DNA of 64,000 nt. Source: Burkholderiales bacterium (GTDB taxonomy: Bacteria > Pseudomonadota > Gammaproteobacteria > Burkholderiales > JACQAP01). Of this stretch, positions 28,117 to 38,868 are shown in pieces. The stretch covers positions 3,457 to 67,456 of the forward strand of contig JBKJUC010000037.1 of NCBI GenBank assembly GCA_046590325.1, in the 5' to 3' direction. The translations under genes were made by a program, and so were the position numbers. The notes under the pieces were generated by a model. That model did no database searches. It was given only the letters and a program-made list of their open reading frames with translations, and was not told where the DNA came from. Within the stretch, counting starts at the first letter, position 1. Every line of letters begins with the position of its first letter.

Positions 28117-29148
28117 ATGTCGCACCAGATCACCATCAAGCCCAGTAACCATGTGGTCATCGCCAACGAAGGGGAAACCGTACTTGGCGCAGCCTTGCGC
28201 GAGGGCATTACCCTGCCCTATGGATGCCGCAATGGCGCCTGCGGATCGTGCAAGGGAAAAATCCTCGAAGGCAGCGTGGACTACGGCAATTCGCAATCGC
28301 ATGTCCTGGCGGAATTCGAAAAGAAGGCCGGCATGGCCCTGTTCTGCCAGGCGCATCCCCTGTCGGATCTGGTCATCGAAGCGCGGGAAATAAACGGTGT
28401 CGGCGAATTGCAGATCCGCAAGCTGCCATGCAGGGTCCAGGAGATCCACAAGGTTGCGCCGGACGTTGTCGTACTGAAACTAAAGCTGCCGGCCAACGAG
28501 CGCCTGCAGTTCCTGGCCGGCCAGTACATCGACATTCTCATGAAGGACGGCAAGCGCCGCTCCTACTCGATGGGCAATCCGCCCCACGACGACGAGTGCA
28601 TCGAATTGCACGTGCGCAACATGACACAGGGCGCCTTTACCGAGTACGTTTTCAGCCGGATGAAGGAAAAAGACATCCTGCGCTTCGAGGGCCCGCTGGG
28701 CACATTCTTCCTGCGCGAGGATTCGGACAAGCCGATGATATTCGTTGCCAGCGGCACCGGCTTTGCGCCGATCAAGAGCATCATCGAGCATGCCTTGCAC
28801 CTCGGCACCACGCGGCAGATGGTCCTGTACTGGGGCGGACGCCGCCCCTTGGACATCTACATGGGCGAACTCGCCGCCCGCTGGCAGGAGGAACACGACA
28901 ATTTCAGTTTCATTCCGGTAATTTCGGATGCCGCGGCGGAAGACAACTGGAGCGGACGTACCGGTTTCGTGCACCTCGCGGTGATGGAGGATTTCCCGGA
29001 TATGTCCGGTTATCAGGTTTATGCCTGTGGCGCGCCCATCGTGGTCGAGTCCGCACACAAGGATTTCACCGGCCTGGCGAAGCTGCCGGAGGAAGAGTTC
29101 TATTCAGACGCGTTCACGCCCTCGGTCGATCCCAAGCCTGCTGGCTGA
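28117..29148 (+). CDS. 2Fe-2S ferredoxin / FAD-NAD(P)H oxidoreductase (CDP-6-deoxy-delta-3,4-glucoseen reductase-like, Fre family)
   Basis: Plant-type ferredoxin motif CRNGACGSCKGK...C, RSYSMGN flavin-binding motif, and GTGFAP NAD-binding motif. Confidence 0.85.
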   Translation: MSHQITIKPSNHVVIANEGETVLGAALREGITLPYGCRNGACGSCKGKILEGSVDYGNSQSHVLAEFEKKAGMALFCQAHPLSDLVIEAREINGVGELQIRKLPCRVQEIHKVAPDVVVLKLKLPANERLQFLAGQYIDILMKDGKRRSYSMGNPPHDDECIELHVRNMTQGAFTEYVFSRMKEKDILRFEGPLGTFFLREDSDKPMIFVASGTGFAPIKSIIEHALHLGTTRQMVLYWGGRRPLDIYMGELAARWQEEHDNFSFIPVISDAAAEDNWSGRTGFVHLAVMEDFPDMSGYQVYACGAPIVVESAHKDFTGLAKLPEEEFYSDAFTPSVDPKPAG

Positions 29149-29321
29149 AAACTCTACATGCTCACCGCAGAGGCGCGCAGGGTGCGCGGAGGAAACCAAG
29201 GCAAGAATTGGCTGGTTGAATCACCTCACCTGCCTCGATAGCAACCAGTATTGAATCTCGTCGAGTACTTCTCTCTGCAGGGTTTTCTCCGTGCCTCAGC
29301 GCCCCTGAGGTGAAATCGGAT

Positions 29322-32084
29322 CTAGCCGCTGTTGCGAAGTCCCGCCGCAATGCCATTGATGGTCAGCAATATCGCCCGCCTGATGCGCTCGTGGGTTTCC
29401 CCCGAGCGGTAACGGCGCAGCAATTCGACCTGCAGGTGATTCAGCGGATCGATATAAGGCGAGCGGTTGCGCAATGACCGCGACAGCGCCGGGTTCGCCT
29501 CCAGCAACTCGCTCTGGCCAGTGATGGCCAGCAGGTGACGCACGGTGTTGTGCCACTCATCCTGGATGCGCTGAAAAATACCCTCGCGCAACTGCGCGTC
29601 GCCAACCAGCTCCGCATACCGCGACGCGATACTGATGTCGCTCTTGGCCAGCAGCATATCCATGTTCGAAAGCAGTGAACGGAAAAACGGCCAGTCACGA
29701 TACATCTCGCGCAGCAGTTCGATGCCGGCGTCGCCGCGATGGCGGATCAGTTCTTCAACGGCTGCTCCGAATCCATACCAGCCCGGCAACATGATGCGCG
29801 ACAGGGACCAAGAAAACACCCACGGAATCGCACGCAAGTCTTCGATGGCGTCGGATTTCTTGCGTGACGCAGGCCGGCTGCCTACGTTGAGGTCAGCTAT
29901 TTCGGTAATGGGCGTGGCGGTGCGGAAGAACTGTACGAAGCCCGGCGTTTCGTACACCAGGTTGCGATAGGCGGCAAATGCTGTCGCGCTCATGACCTCC
30001 ATTACTTCCATGTGAGCAGGCTTCTCGCTGCTGACCGGCTTGAGGAGCGTGGCCTCTAGGGTCGCTGCGACCAAGGTCTCGAGGTTGCGCCGGCCGATCT
30101 CGGGGTCGGAGTACTTGCTGGCGATGACCTCGCCTTGCTCAGTAATGCGTATCTGGCCGGCAACACTGCCCGGTGGCTGCGCCAGTATGGCCTGATAGCT
30201 CGGTCCGCCGCCGCGTCCGACAGTACCGCCCCGGCCATGGAACAGGCGCAATCCGATACCGTAATGCTCGAATACCTTCACCAGTTCCACTTCCGCTTTG
30301 TAGAGCTCCCAGTTCGCTGTCAGGAAGCCGCCATCCTTGTTGCTGTCGGAGTATCCGAGCATGACTTCCTGGACGTTGCCGCGGCTGGCCAGCAGCGCAC
30401 GGTAGTAAGGAACAGAGAACAGTGCATCCATGATGGGACCGCAGCCGCGCAGATCCGTGATGGTTTCGAACAACGGGATGATGTTGACGTCCAGCCGCGG
30501 CTTCTCGCCCGGGAGCAGCAGGCCGGCCTCTTTGAGCATCAACGCCACTTCCAGCAGATCGCTGACGCCGTCGGCCTTTGAGATAATGTAGTTAGGCAGT
30601 GCCTTCGCACCATAGCGGCGATGCATTTCCGCCGCGGTGTCGAGAATCGCCATTTCCTTGGCGGTATCCTCGCTGTAGGAAAGGAAGGGAGACCGCAGCA
30701 GTCGCGGAACCTGCAACTCTTCCAGCAGCCAAGCCCGACGCGATTGCTCGTCCAGCTCCGCATAGCCGTCCCGCCTTGCGCCCAACGCGAACAATTCGGC
30801 CACCACGTGTTCGTGTACGCCGCTGTGCTGGCGCATATCCAGAGGCGCCAGGTGAAAGCCGAAGATCTCTGCCGCGCGCTGCAGGTTGCGCAGGCGTCCG
30901 GTCGCGACCCGGCGCGAGCCGTTCGCAGCCAGGGAATCAGCCAGAACTGCGAGGTCGCGCGCAAACTCGCCGCTTTCGGCGTAGGGCTGCGAGTCGGCAA
31001 CCGCGCGCCGGCCCGGAACAGCGTGATCGAGCTTGATCGAGGTCGCGGCCAGACGTGCATAGATGCCGGTCAATGCCCGCCGGTAGGGCTCATCGCGGCG
31101 GTGGTCGGAAGTATCCGGGGATCGCGCCGCCAGTGCTTCGAGCTCGGAGGTAGTCTCGACGATGCGCACCGATTGCGAAAGCTCCCCGCCCAGGCGGTGG
31201 ATTTCCTCGAAATAAAAATCCATAGCCGTGGCGGAGTGCCGGTTCATGGCGCGGCGCATGACCTCGTGGGTGACAAAGGGATTGCCGTCGCGGTCCCCAC
31301 CGATCCAGCTACCCAGCCTGATGTAGTGGCCGGTCGGTGCCTTGATCCCCCTGCCGGCCAGCAGGTCCTCGATCTCGCCGTACAGCCGCGGCAGCTGGCG
31401 CAGAAACGTATAGCGGTAATAGGAGAGACCGTTCTCGATTTCATCGGAAACAGTAAGCCTCAGTTCACGCAGGATTCGCGTCTGCCACAGGGTGAGGACC
31501 ACGCGTCGCAGCGCATCCTCGTTCTGGGCCACCTCATCCGGTGTCAACTGAATGCGGTCGCGCTCGGTCAGCAGCCGGGCAATCTCGATCTGGCAGTCGA
31601 GAATGCTCTTGCGCTGCACTTCGGTGGGATGGGCTGTCAGGACCGGCGAAACCAACGTGTTGCGGAAGAATGCCGCCACCGCGTCAGGACAGACGCCTTC
31701 AGCGCCGGCGCGTTCCAGGGCCAGGGCCATGCTGCCTTCCTGTGGCTGGGAGCCGGCGATCAGGTGCGCCCGCCGGCGCCGATTGTGATGCTGGTCCTCG
31801 GCAATGTTGGCGAGCTGAGAGAAATAGCTGAAAGCCCGTACCACAGCGATGGTTCGCACCGGGTCCAGCTTGTTGAGCGTGGCTTCGAGTTCGCGCTTGG
31901 CTTCCGGGTCGCGGTCACGGCGGAAGCGGATGGCGTTCTGGCGGGTGCGTTCGATCAGGTCGAATACGCCCTCGCCTTCCTGCTCGCGCAGCGTGTCCCC
32001 GAGGATGCGTCCCAGGAGGCGGATGTCCTCGCGCAGGGGCAGTTCCTTGTCCGGCACGGTGGGATTCTGTACGGGGGCGTTCAT
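29322..32084 (-). CDS. ppc: Phosphoenolpyruvate carboxylase
   Basis: 920 aa. VLTAHPTEVQRKS, GYSDSNKDGG, FHGRGGTVGRGGGP, and C-terminal AAGLRNSG. Confidence 0.95.
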   Translation of the reverse strand: MNAPVQNPTVPDKELPLREDIRLLGRILGDTLREQEGEGVFDLIERTRQNAIRFRRDRDPEAKRELEATLNKLDPVRTIAVVRAFSYFSQLANIAEDQHHNRRRRAHLIAGSQPQEGSMALALERAGAEGVCPDAVAAFFRNTLVSPVLTAHPTEVQRKSILDCQIEIARLLTERDRIQLTPDEVAQNEDALRRVVLTLWQTRILRELRLTVSDEIENGLSYYRYTFLRQLPRLYGEIEDLLAGRGIKAPTGHYIRLGSWIGGDRDGNPFVTHEVMRRAMNRHSATAMDFYFEEIHRLGGELSQSVRIVETTSELEALAARSPDTSDHRRDEPYRRALTGIYARLAATSIKLDHAVPGRRAVADSQPYAESGEFARDLAVLADSLAANGSRRVATGRLRNLQRAAEIFGFHLAPLDMRQHSGVHEHVVAELFALGARRDGYAELDEQSRRAWLLEELQVPRLLRSPFLSYSEDTAKEMAILDTAAEMHRRYGAKALPNYIISKADGVSDLLEVALMLKEAGLLLPGEKPRLDVNIIPLFETITDLRGCGPIMDALFSVPYYRALLASRGNVQEVMLGYSDSNKDGGFLTANWELYKAEVELVKVFEHYGIGLRLFHGRGGTVGRGGGPSYQAILAQPPGSVAGQIRITEQGEVIASKYSDPEIGRRNLETLVAATLEATLLKPVSSEKPAHMEVMEVMSATAFAAYRNLVYETPGFVQFFRTATPITEIADLNVGSRPASRKKSDAIEDLRAIPWVFSWSLSRIMLPGWYGFGAAVEELIRHRGDAGIELLREMYRDWPFFRSLLSNMDMLLAKSDISIASRYAELVGDAQLREGIFQRIQDEWHNTVRHLLAITGQSELLEANPALSRSLRNRSPYIDPLNHLQVELLRRYRSGETHERIRRAILLTINGIAAGLRNSG

Positions 32085-32246
32085 CGGATGTGGCGTGGGC
32101 TGAATGGTTAGGGGGTCCTGCTTTGTGTGCTATCAAGCAAAGCCTGCGCCTGGCATTGTAGCTGCCTGTTTCGCTTGGCTGCGCTTGCGGAAATTGCCAT
32201 CAGCCGGCCGTTCCGGCGGGCCTGTCTGCTTACTGTTGGTGCGTAC

Positions 32247-33455
32247 TCAGAGCATCGGCCGGCGGCGCCCGCCCGCATGCTGCCGCAGCTGCTCCAATGT
32301 CACCTCCAGGGCCTTCTGGTAGTGGGCGGCGGCCTGCTCCACCCTGCCCTCGCGCTCCAGCAAGCGGGCGAGTTCAAGGTGGGCGGAGTGAGTCGACTCG
32401 ATCGAAAGGCTGGCGTCCAGGTAACTGCGTGCCATGCCCCACAGGCCCTGGTGGGCGCACAGGCGTCCAAGCGTCAGCAGCAGAACCGCGTCCTTACGGT
32501 GCAACTCAAGCCATTTCTCGGCCCGCTCGAGCCGCTGCCTGACGTCGCTGCCGAGGCATTCCGAATAGAGTGAAATCAGCCCCTGGTCCCACACCCGCTC
32601 CACGCTCTGCTCGATGATGCGACGCGCGTCGTCGCAACCCCCGAGTTCGACAAAGCAGGACGTTGCGGCGGCAGCGATGCGCGATTCAGATTTTTCCTCC
32701 TCCGGCAGCCGGTCCCAGTATTCGCGCAGCGATTTGATGTCCAGTGCCTTGTGCTTCAGGCTTTCAATGATGGCCTGGCGGCGCAGTTGGGCCACCACCG
32801 GCCGCTCGAACACCTTGCGTTTTTCCAGCTGCGGGATCAACGCCAGCACCCGGTCCCAGTTCTTCGCCATTTGCTGCGCCCGCAATTCCAGGCGCAGAGC
32901 CGCAGTGTGCTTCTCGGGCAGTTGCCTGAGAATGTCCAGGGCGTCGTGGTAACGGCGCTCGTCCAGCAGCATCTCTACTTGTGCAATGAGCCGCATGCTG
33001 TTCTCGTCAGGGTTCGGGCTTGCCGCTCTGGCAAGATAGTCATCGCGCGCCGAGAACGCGCGCATGCCATGCGCGGCGCGTGCGGCGAGAACGGCCGACA
33101 GCGCCCGGGACTCGCCCGCTTTCAGCGCCGCCGCCGCGGCCTTTTCCGCCCTGCCGAAACGCCCCTCGAAGAAATTGATCAGCGCGACATTGAAGTTCTC
33201 CCTGGCACGCGCGGCGTCGCGGCGCTTGCGAAACTCCCGCACCCTGGCTGGCATAGTGATGGCGATCGTCACCGCGCGCACCGCGGCGTACAGCCCTGCG
33301 GAGGCGGCGACTGCCAGAAGCACGGCAAAATTGAAGGAAAGTTCGATGCGCCAGGGCGGCAGTACCACAAGCACGTAGCCAAGGTTGTAGCGCGCGGCGA
33401 GCACCAGTGCGACGGCAGCCGCAGCCAGTCCCACCAGCCAGATCAGTGCTCGCAT
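32247..33455 (-). CDS. hemY: HemY-like heme biosynthesis-associated TPR membrane protein
   Basis: Two N-terminal TM helices (HemY_N pattern) and a TPR-like C-terminus. Sits downstream of hemX. Confidence 0.75.
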   Translation of the reverse strand: MRALIWLVGLAAAAVALVLAARYNLGYVLVVLPPWRIELSFNFAVLLAVAASAGLYAAVRAVTIAITMPARVREFRKRRDAARARENFNVALINFFEGRFGRAEKAAAAALKAGESRALSAVLAARAAHGMRAFSARDDYLARAASPNPDENSMRLIAQVEMLLDERRYHDALDILRQLPEKHTAALRLELRAQQMAKNWDRVLALIPQLEKRKVFERPVVAQLRRQAIIESLKHKALDIKSLREYWDRLPEEEKSESRIAAAATSCFVELGGCDDARRIIEQSVERVWDQGLISLYSECLGSDVRQRLERAEKWLELHRKDAVLLLTLGRLCAHQGLWGMARSYLDASLSIESTHSAHLELARLLEREGRVEQAAAHYQKALEVTLEQLRQHAGGRRRPML

Positions 33456-33512
33456 CGGTTCAATTGCTCCACCTGGCCTGATTGTTCGACATGGTATTGC
33501 CGCGATATGAAC

Positions 33513-34562
33513 TCAACGCAAGGTGCGCTCGCGCACCAGCCGGATGCTGCGCGCGGCGTCCAAGGTTGCGGAAATGTCCGGCAGTTCGATATTGACGTCG
33601 GTCTGCGCAAGCTGCCGGATTGCGGCCTGGGCTGTGGCGACGGTTTTGTCTTCGGTGTCGTAGTAGCGGGACAACCATTCGGACGCGGCCATCAGGTCGG
33701 CCCGAAAACCGGTCTCGTCGCGCGCCAGCAAAGCAAGCCGCGCCCCAAGCAGGCGGATCTTCAGGTTCTCGCGCAGGAAGAAGGCCTGCCCGGGAGAAAC
33801 CAGGGGCCCTTCCGGCTTCCGCGAGTTCTGAATGCGGATCAGGTCGCGAAAATCCTGCATGGTCTCTTTCCACAATAGCACCCAGAATCCTGCCGGCGCC
33901 GGTGCCGTAGACGCTTCGCCACGCAAAGGACGCCGGTCCATTGACAGGGGGAGCGCATCCACCGAACTGGCGACGTGGTCCAGGCGTACCGCCATGCCGG
34001 TCACATCGACATACGGAGCCGCCTTCAGTCGTTCGATATCCCGGTTGATCGTGCGCCGCAACTGCGTGAGCTGGGGCCGGTCGAGGCGCGCAAGGCGCGC
34101 ATCGGCGGTCTCCATTGCAATCAGCGCCGCCTTGATATTTCCCGCAAGCTGCAACTGCTGGCTGGCGATCAGTAGAACCTGCTCGACTTCCGCCAGCGCC
34201 CATTCGTCCCGGCTGCTCGACATCTCCCTGTACAGGGACTCCAGAGCGAGGCGCTGGTTCTGGGTCTCGATCATGCGCGCCTCGAGCTGGCCCAGGCGCG
34301 CCTCGGCGTCGCGCACTACGTCGCGCGACTGGCCCGCAATCAGACGGGTTTCGCGGCCTGCCGATTCCACCTCCGCCAGCCGCCGGGCGAGTTCCTGCTG
34401 GAGCGTGTCGAGCTTGCTGCGGCTGTCGATCCATTGCCATCCAGCAACAACGCAGGCGGCAAGCGCCAGCAAAAATGCGAGCATGGCGAGTCCCGCGCGC
34501 TTCCTGGGATGCGTGGTGGCGGGCGCTGGTGACGGCTGCGGTTCGTTTGTCTGTTCGGACAT
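33513..34562 (-). CDS. hemX: HemX-like membrane protein (annotated uroporphyrinogen-III C-methyltransferase family)
   Basis: N-terminal charged segment, single TM (LAFLLALAACVVAGW), and a coiled-coil-rich periplasmic part. Sits between hemD and hemY. Confidence 0.75.
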   Translation of the reverse strand: MSEQTNEPQPSPAPATTHPRKRAGLAMLAFLLALAACVVAGWQWIDSRSKLDTLQQELARRLAEVESAGRETRLIAGQSRDVVRDAEARLGQLEARMIETQNQRLALESLYREMSSSRDEWALAEVEQVLLIASQQLQLAGNIKAALIAMETADARLARLDRPQLTQLRRTINRDIERLKAAPYVDVTGMAVRLDHVASSVDALPLSMDRRPLRGEASTAPAPAGFWVLLWKETMQDFRDLIRIQNSRKPEGPLVSPGQAFFLRENLKIRLLGARLALLARDETGFRADLMAASEWLSRYYDTEDKTVATAQAAIRQLAQTDVNIELPDISATLDAARSIRLVRERTLR

Positions 34563-34571
34563 GCGGTTTCT

Positions 34572-35390
34572 TCAAGAAGCAGGGGTTGCTGCGTGTTCCG
34601 GCCGCACACGGCCGAACCAGGTCTCGATTCCGGCGGCAAGCGCTTCGTCCCCGGCGCCGGTAACCATCAAGGCATGAGCGCCGTACTGGAAGGCTGCGGC
34701 CGCGACGCGTGGATGGGGCACGAACATCGGCGTTCGTCGCACCCAGCGCAGGCCCGGTTCGCCGGCCATGCCGAAAAGATTCGCCACGATCTCGGCGCTG
34801 GTCGCAATGGTGGCGCCGATTTCACCGCGCCGCCAGCGCGGCAGCAGCGCTTGCATGTCGCCCTCCGGCCGCACGCGGCGGTAGCACTCGATGTATTCGA
34901 CTTCGGCATCACGCGATCGGAGAGTGTCGCCAAGCAGTTCGCGCCCGCCCTCGCCCCGGAATATCGCGATCCGCTTGCCTGCGACCTGTTCCCGGGGCAG
35001 GACTTCCAGCAGTGCCTCGCTGTCGAAACCGGCCGGACCGGTGATGATCGCCCTCAGGCCGTCCTTTTTCAACCCGGATTTTTCCAGTTCGACGGCAGTC
35101 ACAGGACCGATTGCAGCCACTCTCAGGTGCGCCGGCTTGCCGCCGGCAGCCTCGATCAGGTTCATGCCGATGCGCGCTGCGTTTGGGCTGACGAAGATGG
35201 CGTAGTCGAAGCATGCCAGACGTTTGACACCAGTGGGTACTTGCACGATCGGCTCGATCATCAACGCAGGGAACAATACCGGCTCGCCTCCCAGGCGCCG
35301 GATGATTTCAGCGAGATTGCCGGCCTGATGTGCCGGCCGCGTCACCAGCACGCCGATACCGGCCAACGGCAGGTCCGGGGTTTGTTTCAC
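34572..35390 (-). CDS. hemD: Uroporphyrinogen-III synthase
   Basis: [16 protein letters not shown]... HemD-like sequence. There is no in-frame ATG near the expected N-terminus. The GTG at 35388-35390 overlaps the hemC stop (GTGA). The track ORF to 35648 would overlap hemC by about 260 nt. Confidence 0.8.
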   Translation of the reverse strand: MKQTPDLPLAGIGVLVTRPAHQAGNLAEIIRRLGGEPVLFPALMIEPIVQVPTGVKRLACFDYAIFVSPNAARIGMNLIEAAGGKPAHLRVAAIGPVTAVELEKSGLKKDGLRAIITGPAGFDSEALLEVLPREQVAGKRIAIFRGEGGRELLGDTLRSRDAEVEYIECYRRVRPEGDMQALLPRWRRGEIGATIATSAEIVANLFGMAGEPGLRWVRRTPMFVPHPRVAAAAFQYGAHALMVTGAGDEALAAGIETWFGRVRPEHAATPAS

Positions 35391-36349
35391 GATTGCGGTC
35401 CATCGAGTGCGGCGAGGATTTCCCGCGCACCCTTGGCTATGAGTCTGTCCGCAAGCGCGGCGCCGAGTTCCATCGGAGAAGTCGCAATTTCGGCCTGCAG
35501 TTCGTCGGCGACCAGCTTCTTGCCATCGGGGCTGGCGACGAAGCCGCGCAGCCGGATGCGGCCTGCGCTTAGTTCCGCGTAACCGCCCAACGGCACCTGA
35601 CAACTTCCGGCCAGCGCACGGCTGAGCGCCCGCTCCGCCTCGACACACCAGCGCGTCTCGCGATCATCGAACGGCGCCAGCGCCTCGACCAGATCGGTGC
35701 GCTGTGTGCGGCACTCGATTCCCAGCGCGCCCTGTCCCACGGCTGGCAGGCTTTGCTCCGGCGTCAGGAGGCAGGTGATGCGAGCGGCCAGGCCCAGGCG
35801 CTTGAGGCCAGCCGCCGCAAGGATCACTGCGTCATAGCGGCCGTCGTCGAGTTTGCGCAACCGCGTCTGCACATTGCCGCGCAGGGGTTCGACCTGAAGA
35901 TGCGGAAAACGGGCGCGCAACTGGCTTTCGCGCCGCAGGCTGGAAGTCCCCACCCGGCTCCCTGGTGGCAGTGTCTCGAGGTCGCGATGCCGGTTCGAGA
36001 CAAAGGCGTCGCGCGGATCCTCGCGCGCGGTCACCGCGGCGATAACGAATCCGGATGGCAGATTCATCGGCACGTCCTTCATCGAATGCACGGCAATGTC
36101 CGCCTGGCCCGACTCGAGGGCGGTTTCCAGTTCCTTCACGAACAATCCCTTGCCGCCAATCTTGGAGAGCGACGTATCGAGGATGCGGTCGCCCTGCGTT
36201 GTCATGCCGAGCAGGCTCGTTTTCAACCCGGGGTAGAGGGCCAGCAGACGCGACCGGATGTGCTCCGCCTGCCACAGGGCTAGCGGACTTTCGCGAGTAG
36301 CGATGACGATACTGGATGGAGCGGATTTCGGGCTGGACACGTTGGACAA
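35387..36349 (-). CDS. hemC: Hydroxymethylbilane synthase (porphobilinogen deaminase)
   Basis: [24 protein letters not shown], and the GGCQVP-equivalent GSCQVPLG (cofactor Cys). Start is TTG at 36349 or GTG at 36340. Confidence 0.92.
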   Translation of the reverse strand: MSNVSSPKSAPSSIVIATRESPLALWQAEHIRSRLLALYPGLKTSLLGMTTQGDRILDTSLSKIGGKGLFVKELETALESGQADIAVHSMKDVPMNLPSGFVIAAVTAREDPRDAFVSNRHRDLETLPPGSRVGTSSLRRESQLRARFPHLQVEPLRGNVQTRLRKLDDGRYDAVILAAAGLKRLGLAARITCLLTPEQSLPAVGQGALGIECRTQRTDLVEALAPFDDRETRWCVEAERALSRALAGSCQVPLGGYAELSAGRIRLRGFVASPDGKKLVADELQAEIATSPMELGAALADRLIAKGAREILAALDGPQS

Positions 36350-36443
36350 GACCGGTCGATATGCCGCAAGCGCTTGGCTGCACCGCCGGTAAATCAGAGG
36401 CCGCTGCCGGCTGCAGCAGTGGCCCGGAGAATCTCCGGTGGAA

Positions 36444-36914
36444 TTACTTTTTCAGCAGGCTGCGCAGCATCCATGCCGTTTTCTCGTGCACCTCCATGCG
36501 CTGGGTCAACAGGTCCATGGTCGGCTGGTCATTGGCCTTTTCCGCAGCGGGGAAGACCGAGCGCGCAGTACGGGTGACGGCTTCGTGCCCGTCCAGCAGG
36601 ATTTTCATCATGTCCTGCGCCGTGGGCGCGCCCACCGTTTCCTTTATTGAGGCCAGCTTGGAGAACTGCGCATAGGTACCGGGCGCCGGAGCGTCGAGCG
36701 AACGGATGCGTTCCGCGATCAGGTCGACATTGGTCCACATTTCCGTGTACTGAGTCTGGAACATCAGGTGCAGGGTCTGGAACATCGGACCGGTTACGTT
36801 CCAGTGGAAACTGTGGGTCTTGAGATAAAGCGTGTAGGTGTCGGCCAGCAACTTCGACAAGCCTTCCACGACCTTCTTCCTGTCAGCTTCCTTGATACCG
36901 AGATTTGCAGCCAT
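36444..36914 (-). CDS. dps: Dps family DNA-binding ferritin-like protein
   Basis: 156 aa. [27 protein letters not shown], the typical Dps ferroxidase-site region. Confidence 0.92.
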   Translation of the reverse strand: MAANLGIKEADRKKVVEGLSKLLADTYTLYLKTHSFHWNVTGPMFQTLHLMFQTQYTEMWTNVDLIAERIRSLDAPAPGTYAQFSKLASIKETVGAPTAQDMMKILLDGHEAVTRTARSVFPAAEKANDQPTMDLLTQRMEVHEKTAWMLRSLLKK

Positions 36915-37012
36915 GCGTCACTCCTTGGGCAAGTGGATCCATGCGAACCCGGATGATAGGACAAATTCCGGCCACATTCAGCCCCGGATGTTGCCGTTTG
37001 CAACGTCAGCGA

Positions 37013-37786
37013 TCACAACGCGTTGCGCCCCAGTTCCTTGACGATGTGCTGCTGGCGCCGGCTCACCGGCAGTCTCTCGTCCAGTCCGTCCAGCACCACT
37101 ACCCAGCGGGTCTCCCCACCATCAGCCGCCTCCTTCTCGAACCCTGCAACATGCTCTTTGGCAACCAGGCAACTGCGGTGAATGCGCACGAAATGCTCCG
37201 CGAACTCCTGCTCCAGGCGCGACAAGGGCTCTTCCAGAAGGTATTCCCGTTCCGCGGTGCGGATCGTCACATATTTGAGTTCAGCGCGCAGGTAAAGGAT
37301 TTCCTTCACGGCCACAAGCAGGATCTTGCCGCGTTCCTGTACAGAGAGGTGGCTGCGGGCATCCGGCGAAATCTGCTGCAGGACATCCAGTCTAAGCGGC
37401 GTAATGGCGCGGGCGCGCGTTAGGGCATCGTGCAGGCGCCTGAGCCGGATCGGCTTGACCAGGTAGTCGACCGCATGCAGCTCAAAAGCCTTCAGGGCAT
37501 AGTCGTTATAGGCGGTGGTGAAAATAACGGACGGCGGTTCTTCGATCTTGAGCAAATGTTGGGCAACCTCCAGTCCGTCCATCTCGGGCATGCGGATGTC
37601 GAGCAGGACCACGTCGGCTTCGACTTTCTGCAGCAGTGCCAGCAGTTCGCGGCCGCTTGCCGCCTCGCCGACCACTTCCAGGGGGAACGAGCCAGCGCAA
37701 TCCTCGAGCAGATCACGCATGCGATTGCGTGCCGGCGCCTCGTCGTCAGTAATTACCAGGCGCAAAGTCTGCGGATGCCGGCTCAC
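37013..37786 (-). CDS. algR: LytTR-family response regulator (AlgR-like)
   Basis: Receiver domain (LVITDDE...LLDIRMPEMDG) plus a C-terminal LytTR domain (ILYLRAELKYVTIRT...FVRIHRS). The GTG start overlaps the kinase stop (GTGA). Confidence 0.85.
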   Translation of the reverse strand: MSRHPQTLRLVITDDEAPARNRMRDLLEDCAGSFPLEVVGEAASGRELLALLQKVEADVVLLDIRMPEMDGLEVAQHLLKIEEPPSVIFTTAYNDYALKAFELHAVDYLVKPIRLRRLHDALTRARAITPLRLDVLQQISPDARSHLSVQERGKILLVAVKEILYLRAELKYVTIRTAEREYLLEEPLSRLEQEFAEHFVRIHRSCLVAKEHVAGFEKEAADGGETRWVVVLDGLDERLPVSRRQQHIVKELGRNAL

Positions 37787-38796
37787 GTGCGCTCCTTTAC
37801 ATAGGGCAGGGTGATGTGCACCTCGTAGAAATTGTCACCGACGCTGGCCTTCAGACTGGCCTCCGCGTCGAAATGCAGATGCAGCCGCTCGCGGATGTTA
37901 CCGAGCGCCATCTTGTTGCCGGAATGGTGGCTGCCTTCCTTACGGTACGGATTGCGCAGGACCATGTGGACTTCGTTTCGGACGTGGAAGATGTTGATGC
38001 TGACGACGCCGGGTTCTATCGAAGGCTCAATGCCGTGGTAGACGGCGTTCTCCAGCAGCGGCTGCAGCACCAGCGGTGGAACCAGCGCATCCCCGGGCAT
38101 GTTGTCCACATGCCAGTCGAGCTGCAGGCGTTCGCCCAGACGCAGCTGCTCCAGGCTCAGATACTGGCGGCACAGCTCGATCTCGTTTTGCAGGGGAACG
38201 AGATCGCGGTTGTCGGCCATTAGCACCCGGAACAGGTCCGCCATGTCCTCGAGGGCGGTTTCGGCGCGGCGCGGCTGGCTTCGCACCAGGGAGAGGACGG
38301 CGTTGATGCTGTTGAACAGGAAATGAGGTCGAATGCGTGCCTGCAGCGCCTGCAGGCGGGCCTCGGTGATGGCAGGCGACAGGGCGCGGCTGCGCAGGTT
38401 GAAATAGCCCAGCATTACCGCAGTGGCGACCGCGGTGAACAGCATTGCGCGCACCACGTCGGCCGTAGCGCTTTCGAACAGCGAGGAAGTGAACGAGACC
38501 ACGGCCGACGCAATAACCAGCTCGATCAGGATGACGAGCACGACCGCCACCTTATAGTCGAGGCGGTGCAGCCACCCGGTCACCAGACCCAGCACGACCA
38601 GGGACAGGATGACGATGGGCTGAACCAGGGCCGAGATGCCGAACCACTGGTCCATCAATATGTTCCAGTTCGATGTCCGGATCACCGCCGCGGCCAGAGT
38701 CATCGCAGTTGCCACGAGCAGGATGCGCAGCATGACCCCCAGATTGCGAAAATCCGGAAGAAGGTTCGGATAGCGGTTTTGATTTATACTTGCCAT
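37783..38796 (-). CDS. algZ: LytS/AlgZ(FimS)-type sensor histidine kinase
   Basis: Four N-terminal TM helices, His_kinase motif RPHFLFNSINAV, and a C-terminal HATPase region. Start is ATG at 38796 (MASINQ), chosen to leave a divergent promoter with argH. ATG at 38847 is the alternative. Confidence 0.8.
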   Translation of the reverse strand: MASINQNRYPNLLPDFRNLGVMLRILLVATAMTLAAAVIRTSNWNILMDQWFGISALVQPIVILSLVVLGLVTGWLHRLDYKVAVVLVILIELVIASAVVSFTSSLFESATADVVRAMLFTAVATAVMLGYFNLRSRALSPAITEARLQALQARIRPHFLFNSINAVLSLVRSQPRRAETALEDMADLFRVLMADNRDLVPLQNEIELCRQYLSLEQLRLGERLQLDWHVDNMPGDALVPPLVLQPLLENAVYHGIEPSIEPGVVSINIFHVRNEVHMVLRNPYRKEGSHHSGNKMALGNIRERLHLHFDAEASLKASVGDNFYEVHITLPYVKERT

Positions 38797-38868
38797 CGTC
38801 TGATTCGGGCTAAAAATCGCGCCAGAACAGGCGCTTAACCTTATCATTGTGAACAGGGCAAAGCCTTA

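Noticed and set aside
29294-29310. A CCTCAG-cgccc-CTGAGG hairpin between the convergent reductase and ppc genes, considered as a bidirectional terminator.
   Set aside because: The stem is only 6 bp and there is no T-tract on either strand.
34572-35648. The 358-aa version of hemD, and the 322-aa version of the PP2C gene at 9143-10111.
   Set aside because: Both N-terminal extensions overlap the upstream gene (hemC and the kinase respectively) and have nonsense composition. The internal GTG at 35390 and ATG at 9967 give proteins of normal length that abut the upstream stop codons.
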